From the NCBI GenBank assembly GCA_031362565.1, contig JANLSU010000054.1, positions 29,357-93,356 on the forward strand: 64,000 nucleotides of DNA, read 5' to 3'. The translations under genes were made by a program, and so were the position numbers. This stretch comes from a bacterium (lineage in GTDB: Bacteria > Krumholzibacteriota > Krumholzibacteriia > G020349025). The number at the start of each line of letters is the position of its first letter. Position 1 is the first letter of the stretch. Positions 59,574 through 64,000 of the stretch are shown here, in pieces. The notes under the pieces are model-generated. The model saw only the letters and a program-made list of their open reading frames with translations, had not been told where the DNA came from and did no database searches.

Positions 59574-62500
59574 GAACGCTCCCCGGTGCGGCCCAGCTTG
59601 ATGTCGACGCGGTGCACGCGCCCGTCGTCGCTGATGGCGATGCGGGCGGCGCCATTCACGACCGTTCCCGGCCGGCCGTCGACGCTGAACGATTCGACAC
59701 CGCGGCCGTTGCGCTGCGCGTTCACGGCGCGGATGTCGTAGCGCGTATCACTGCCTGGAATCCGGTAGGCGATCGTGAACTCCGGCCAGGTGTCCGGAAC
59801 GCAGGGTGCGAGCACCAGCGTCGATCCTTCCGCCACCGTTAGACCCAGTACCGACTCGAGGGCAACGCGCAGCATCCAACCGGCCGATCCCGTATACCAT
59901 GTCCAGCCGCCCCGGCCAACGTGGGGCGCAACGCCATAGACGTCGGCGGCGACGACGTAGGGCTCGACCTCGTAACGGTCCACCGCCTGGCGCGTCGCCG
60001 CACGATTCACCGGACTCAACATCTCGAGTAAGCGCGCGGCGCGATCGTTGCGCCCGAGTTCGGCAAGCGCACGGACCACCCACAGCGCCGCGTGCGTGTA
60101 CTGGCCGCCGTTCTCGCGCACGCCCGGCACGTAGCCTTTGATATAGCCCGGATCGTGTACGGTCCGATCGAAGGCCGGCCAGAGCAAACGGATCAAGCCA
60201 TCGGCTTCGGACACGAGATCGCGTTCGACGGCGTTCATGGCGAGCGCGGCGCGATCCGGCGGCGCGGCGCCCGAGAGCACCGACCACGCTTGCACGAGTG
60301 CATCGATGCGGCACTCGTCGTCGTCCTTGGTGCCAAGCGGATTGCCATCATCATAGTAACCGCGGCGATACCACTCGCCGTCCCAGCCGGCGGTTTGCAA
60401 CGCGGTGCCGAGCGCCTTGCGATACGAGCCGTAGCGCTCGAGCCGGCCGCTGTCATGCCGCGCGACGCAGAGCGGCATGAAGTCGCGGAACACGGTTTCG
60501 AGAAAGAAACCCATCCAAACGCTTTCACCGCGCCCTTCACGTCCGACCCGGTTCATGCCGTCGTTCCAATCCCCGGTGCCGAAGAGCGGCAAGCCGTGCG
60601 CACCGCGGGTCAGTGACCGGTCGAGCGCCCGGCAACAGTGCTCGTACACCGTGCCCTCGGTGCCCGAAGGCTCCGGCAATAGGAACGCTTCATCCTCGCC
60701 CGGCGCCAATTCACGCGCCGTGAGATACGGTGCCAGTTCATCGAGCACGCTCGAGTCGCCGGTCGTGTGCACGTAAAAAGCCGTCAGATACGGCAGCCAC
60801 AGGAGATCGTCGGCGAAGCGGGTGCGAATGCCGCGCCCGACGGGCGGATGCCACCAGTGCAGAACATCGCCTTCGACAAATTGATGCCCGGCGTGCAACA
60901 CAATCTGGGCGCGGGCGCGTTCCGGCGCGGCGTACACGAGAGCGGCTGCATCCTGCAGTTGGTCGCGGAAACCGAACGCGCCGCCCGATTGATACGCCGC
61001 CGACCGGGCCCAAATACGGCACGCGAGCACTTGATACGTGAGCCACCCGTTCACCATGAGGTCGAGGGCCGGCATCGGGGTCCGAATCTGCACTGCATCG
61101 GCTAAGTCGTGCCAAAACCGCCGCACACCGGCAAGTGCCGCGCCGATCGCGTCCGGATGACGATAGCGCGCTAAGAGCGCGCGCCCCAAAACGACATCAG
61201 CCGCTTCGCCAAGCAAAAACGTGATTTCAACGCTGGCCTCGGGCTCGAGATCGAAAAGGACTTGATGCGCGGCGCAGGGGTCGAGTCCGCGCCCGGCAGT
61301 GCCGTCGAGCGGCGCACGGTCACGGAGCGCCGCGGGGTCGGCCACGGTTCCAAAACGTCCCAAGAACGCCGCGCGGTCGGCAGTCGCACTCACGGCCTGA
61401 TGTTCTTGCGGCGCGACGACAGCCGCAAATGCCATCCGGCTCGCAAAATCCTCCGACCCATGATCGCGAATCCACAGGGTCCGCGTCGTGCTCTCCAACT
61501 CCGTTTCAATGTCGCGCTTCGGGTCGACATACGCACTGGATGCCAACTGCGCGTACGAGAATGCCGCGAGCCGCCGGCGCCGGCCGCTGCGATTGCGGAT
61601 TCTGAGCCGGGTCAGTTTCACCGTGTCGTGGCGCGGCACGAAGATCTCGACCTCGTGCTCCAGCCCATCGGTCGTGTGCTTGAAACGGCTCGAACCGAAT
61701 CCGTGCCGCACTTCGTAGGCCGCGGCGCGCGGCACCGGGCCCGGCAGCGCCGACCAAAATTGCATCGTCTCTTCGTCGCGCACATACAGCACTTCACCGT
61801 GTGGGTCGGTGACGGGATCGTTGGACCAGGGCGTCAACCGGTGCTCGCGGCTATTTTCACTCCACGTGCAACCGGCGCCCGTCTCACTGACGATCGCCCC
61901 AAAGCGTTCGTTGGCGATGACGTTGGTCCACGGGCGCGGCGGCAACTGGAGGGTGCCGGTGGCCGCGTCGCGCTCGAGTCGCAGGACATAGGCGCGGCCG
62001 TCGGGCGTGAAACCGCCGTAGCCGTTGAACGCCGCGAGTTCTTCTTGGGCCCGCGGCCGGTTTGCGTCGACGGCGAGGGGCGCGGCAGGCTTGGAGCTGG
62101 CGACGCCGGCCCACACGGTGTCGAGTTCTTCGACTTCCGACGCCACGGCGTCCGGATTTGCATGGGCGCGTGCCGCCGCGAAGGCCGCATCCACGGCCCC
62201 GGGCACTGCGAGCGGCGTCACGAGGTCGAGACTGGCTTGGCGCGTCGCTGCAGCACCCAAGACGAAAGTACGCACCGCCGTCGCGCCGGCCGGCAGATCG
62301 ACCACCGTGCGCAGGCACACAATCGGATCCAGAACGTTGCCGGTCGTGCCGGAGAGCGGTTCCGCCGTCGCAAGCGCCAACGGCGCATCGAGACGCCGCC
62401 CGCGGCCCAGGAAACGGGCCCGGTCGGTCTCGTGTTCGGAGACCGGCGCATCGACAAGCCCGTGCACGAGCCAAGGAGGCTCTTCCCCCTTCCCCCGCGG

Positions 62501-63040
62501 GCGGCGCCGCGCCAAGAGCGCCCCCGCACCGGGCACGAATTCGGTCTGCACGAAGAGCTTCGAGAACGCCGGGTGCGACGCGTGCGACGCGAATTCCGCC
62601 AGCACGACCTCGGCATAAGTAGTCAGTTCGATCCGGCGCGGTAGTCCAGAGCGGTTTCGGAGAGTCACCCGGCGCAGTTCCAGGTCGCGGTCCGGATGTA
62701 CGGCAATTTCGACCCTGGCTTCGATTAAAAAATCTTCACGTTCGAGTTCGAAGACGCCGGGAGTGGAACGGGCGGCATAGCGTTCCGGCCGGCGGCGCGT
62801 CGGTTGCAGTCCAAGCGACCAGACCGCGCCGGTCTCGAGATCGCGCATATAGATGTAAAAGCCATCGGCATCTTCGATCGGGTCGCCGCGCCACGCCGTC
62901 AGCATGTAATCGATGAACGAAGTGTAACCTGTGCCGGCGGTCGTGATTCGCACCGCGAGCCGGCCGTTGGAAAGCAACCGCGGGACCGGCGCCTCGCCCA
63001 GCGCGAGCTTACCGGCCGTTGTCTTCGGGTCGGGGCACAT
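59570..63040 (-). CDS. GH94 glycoside phosphorylase resembling the C-terminal part of cyclic beta-1,2-glucan synthase (NdvB/Cgs)
   Basis: LLSNG...HPAFSKLF...FLGR first beta-sandwich; PW.NVIAN, NSRE.RLTPW.ND second; YQSGGAFGFRDQLQD, GDWNDGMN, ENGGQYTHAA, WYTGSAGW. Confidence 0.9.
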   Translation of the reverse strand: MCPDPKTTAGKLALGEAPVPRLLSNGRLAVRITTAGTGYTSFIDYMLTAWRGDPIEDADGFYIYMRDLETGAVWSLGLQPTRRRPERYAARSTPGVFELEREDFLIEARVEIAVHPDRDLELRRVTLRNRSGLPRRIELTTYAEVVLAEFASHASHPAFSKLFVQTEFVPGAGALLARRRPRGKGEEPPWLVHGLVDAPVSEHETDRARFLGRGRRLDAPLALATAEPLSGTTGNVLDPIVCLRTVVDLPAGATAVRTFVLGAAATRQASLDLVTPLAVPGAVDAAFAAARAHANPDAVASEVEELDTVWAGVASSKPAAPLAVDANRPRAQEELAAFNGYGGFTPDGRAYVLRLERDAATGTLQLPPRPWTNVIANERFGAIVSETGAGCTWSENSREHRLTPWSNDPVTDPHGEVLYVRDEETMQFWSALPGPVPRAAAYEVRHGFGSSRFKHTTDGLEHEVEIFVPRHDTVKLTRLRIRNRSGRRRRLAAFSYAQLASSAYVDPKRDIETELESTTRTLWIRDHGSEDFASRMAFAAVVAPQEHQAVSATADRAAFLGRFGTVADPAALRDRAPLDGTAGRGLDPCAAHQVLFDLEPEASVEITFLLGEAADVVLGRALLARYRHPDAIGAALAGVRRFWHDLADAVQIRTPMPALDLMVNGWLTYQVLACRIWARSAAYQSGGAFGFRDQLQDAAALVYAAPERARAQIVLHAGHQFVEGDVLHWWHPPVGRGIRTRFADDLLWLPYLTAFYVHTTGDSSVLDELAPYLTARELAPGEDEAFLLPEPSGTEGTVYEHCCRALDRSLTRGAHGLPLFGTGDWNDGMNRVGREGRGESVWMGFFLETVFRDFMPLCVARHDSGRLERYGSYRKALGTALQTAGWDGEWYRRGYYDDGNPLGTKDDDECRIDALVQAWSVLSGAAPPDRAALAMNAVERDLVSEADGLIRLLWPAFDRTVHDPGYIKGYVPGVRENGGQYTHAALWVVRALAELGRNDRAARLLEMLSPVNRAATRQAVDRYEVEPYVVAADVYGVAPHVGRGGWTWYTGSAGWMLRVALESVLGLTVAEGSTLVLAPCVPDTWPEFTIAYRIPGSDTRYDIRAVNAQRNGRGVESFSVDGRPGTVVNGAARIAISDDGRVHRVDIKLGRTGERS

Positions 63041-63209
63041 GCGGGCTCAGGACCTCGATGGTGCGATGACCGGACCGGGGACGCGGGGCTCGAGCCGCAG
63101 CGCCGTTCAAGTGGACCGTGTCCCCACTGTAGAGCGCCGGTTCGCGCAGCGAAAGCCCGCTCAGACGAGGTCCAAAACCGCAGCCCGCTTGACAGCATGG
63201 TACGGCCCG

Positions 63210-63223
63210 TGTAACCGTTTACA
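63210..63223. promoter_or_regulatory. LacI-family operator
   Basis: TGTAACCGTTTACA, a near-perfect palindrome with central CG, between the divergent GH94 and LacI genes; TTGACA at 63189. Confidence 0.75.
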
Positions 63224-63301
63224 TGCTGCCCCAGCCCCCGAACGGCGAACCGTCCTCCGGGCCGTTCGAAAAAAACTCCGAACCTCCCTGGGAGGACGGG
63301 C

Positions 63302-64000
63302 GTGGTCACGATTCGAGATGTAGCGCGCGCGGCTGGAGTTTCGATCGCCACCGTTTCGCGCGTCTTCAATGGGAGTCCACGCGTCAGCGACGCGGCCCGG
63401 CGTCGCGTCCGCCTCCATTCGGAGAAACTCGACTATTGGCCGAATGGCGCGGCGCGCAGTCTGACGACGAGCCGCACGCACGCGCTCGCGATCTTGCTTC
63501 CCGACCTGTTCGGCGAGTTCTTCTCCGAAGTGATCCGCGGCATCGATCACGCGGCACGGCGTGAGAAATTTCAAATCTTCGTTTCGAGTTCACACGCCAA
63601 TACCACCGAACTCGTCGCCGCGGCGCGCTCGATGCACGGGCGTATCGACGGTTTGATCGCCATGGTGCCCGAACACGGGCCGGCGATCACGCTACACCAT
63701 CTGTCGCGCAGCTTCCCGACGGTCCTGCTCAATCCCCCGTCGGTGCTGGACGGCTGCCGCACGGTGTCCATCGCCAACTTCGAGGGCGCCAAGGCGGCCG
63801 TCGAACATCTTGTCAAGACCGGCCACCAGCAGGTCGCCATTCTCAAGGGACCGGCCGGCAACGCCGACGCCGACGAACGGTTGCGCGGCTATCGCGCCGC
63901 GCTGCATGGGGCGGGGATCGCGGTCGAAAAACGCTACGAATTGCCGGGCGACTTCACCGAGGCCTCGGGGTATCAGGCAGGGCAAAAGATGCTGCGCCTG
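63302..64000 (+). CDS. LacI family transcriptional regulator (3' end runs off the window)
   Basis: Not in the ORF track. GGAGG RBS and GTG start; VTIRDVARAAGVSIATVSRVFN, LDYWPN.AARSL, IDGLI, GH..VA, ERLRGY. Confidence 0.93.
   Translation, partial: MVTIRDVARAAGVSIATVSRVFNGSPRVSDAARRRVRLHSEKLDYWPNGAARSLTTSRTHALAILLPDLFGEFFSEVIRGIDHAARREKFQIFVSSSHANTTELVAAARSMHGRIDGLIAMVPEHGPAITLHHLSRSFPTVLLNPPSVLDGCRTVSIANFEGAKAAVEHLVKTGHQQVAILKGPAGNADADERLRGYRAALHGAGIAVEKRYELPGDFTEASGYQAGQKMLRL

Overview
High-GC bacterial chromosomal window with about 43 coding regions. I found no rRNA, tRNA or CRISPR array. Several secreted proteins end in FlgD-Ig/T9SS-type-A-like C-terminal domains or a 'TWGxxKxxYR' tail, which suggests (inference) a diderm FCB-group candidate lineage such as Eisenbacteria, Krumholzibacteriota or Latescibacterota. 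Contents in order: a LamG-domain secreted protein; a lysine/diamine catabolic cluster (Lat-like aminotransferase fused to a GNAT-like domain, 3 ALDHs, GabT, saccharopine/lysine dehydrogenase-like); a beta-1,2-glucan-type utilisation system in two parts (GH144-like enzyme, ABC transporter and F5/8 six-hairpin protein at 15.7-24.7 kb; GH1, GH94 and LacI at 58-64 kb); a small defence pocket (ParE-type TA pair and Hhe-like DUF4011-helicase-Vsr protein); peptidases and glycosyltransferases; a signalling/stress cluster whose three promoters share triple 11-bp-period GTCAT boxes; an Rrf2-OYE redox module; pntAB. The most striking unexplained structure is a DUF222-like HNH endonuclease gene bracketed by the palindrome ACTCGTTC-NN-GAACGAG(T). 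It has a hairpin-rich ~390-nt leader, and an orphan copy of the same 34-bp end sits 39 kb away. This is a candidate HNH-associated mobile/repeat element. All family assignments come from motifs read by eye; no searches were run.
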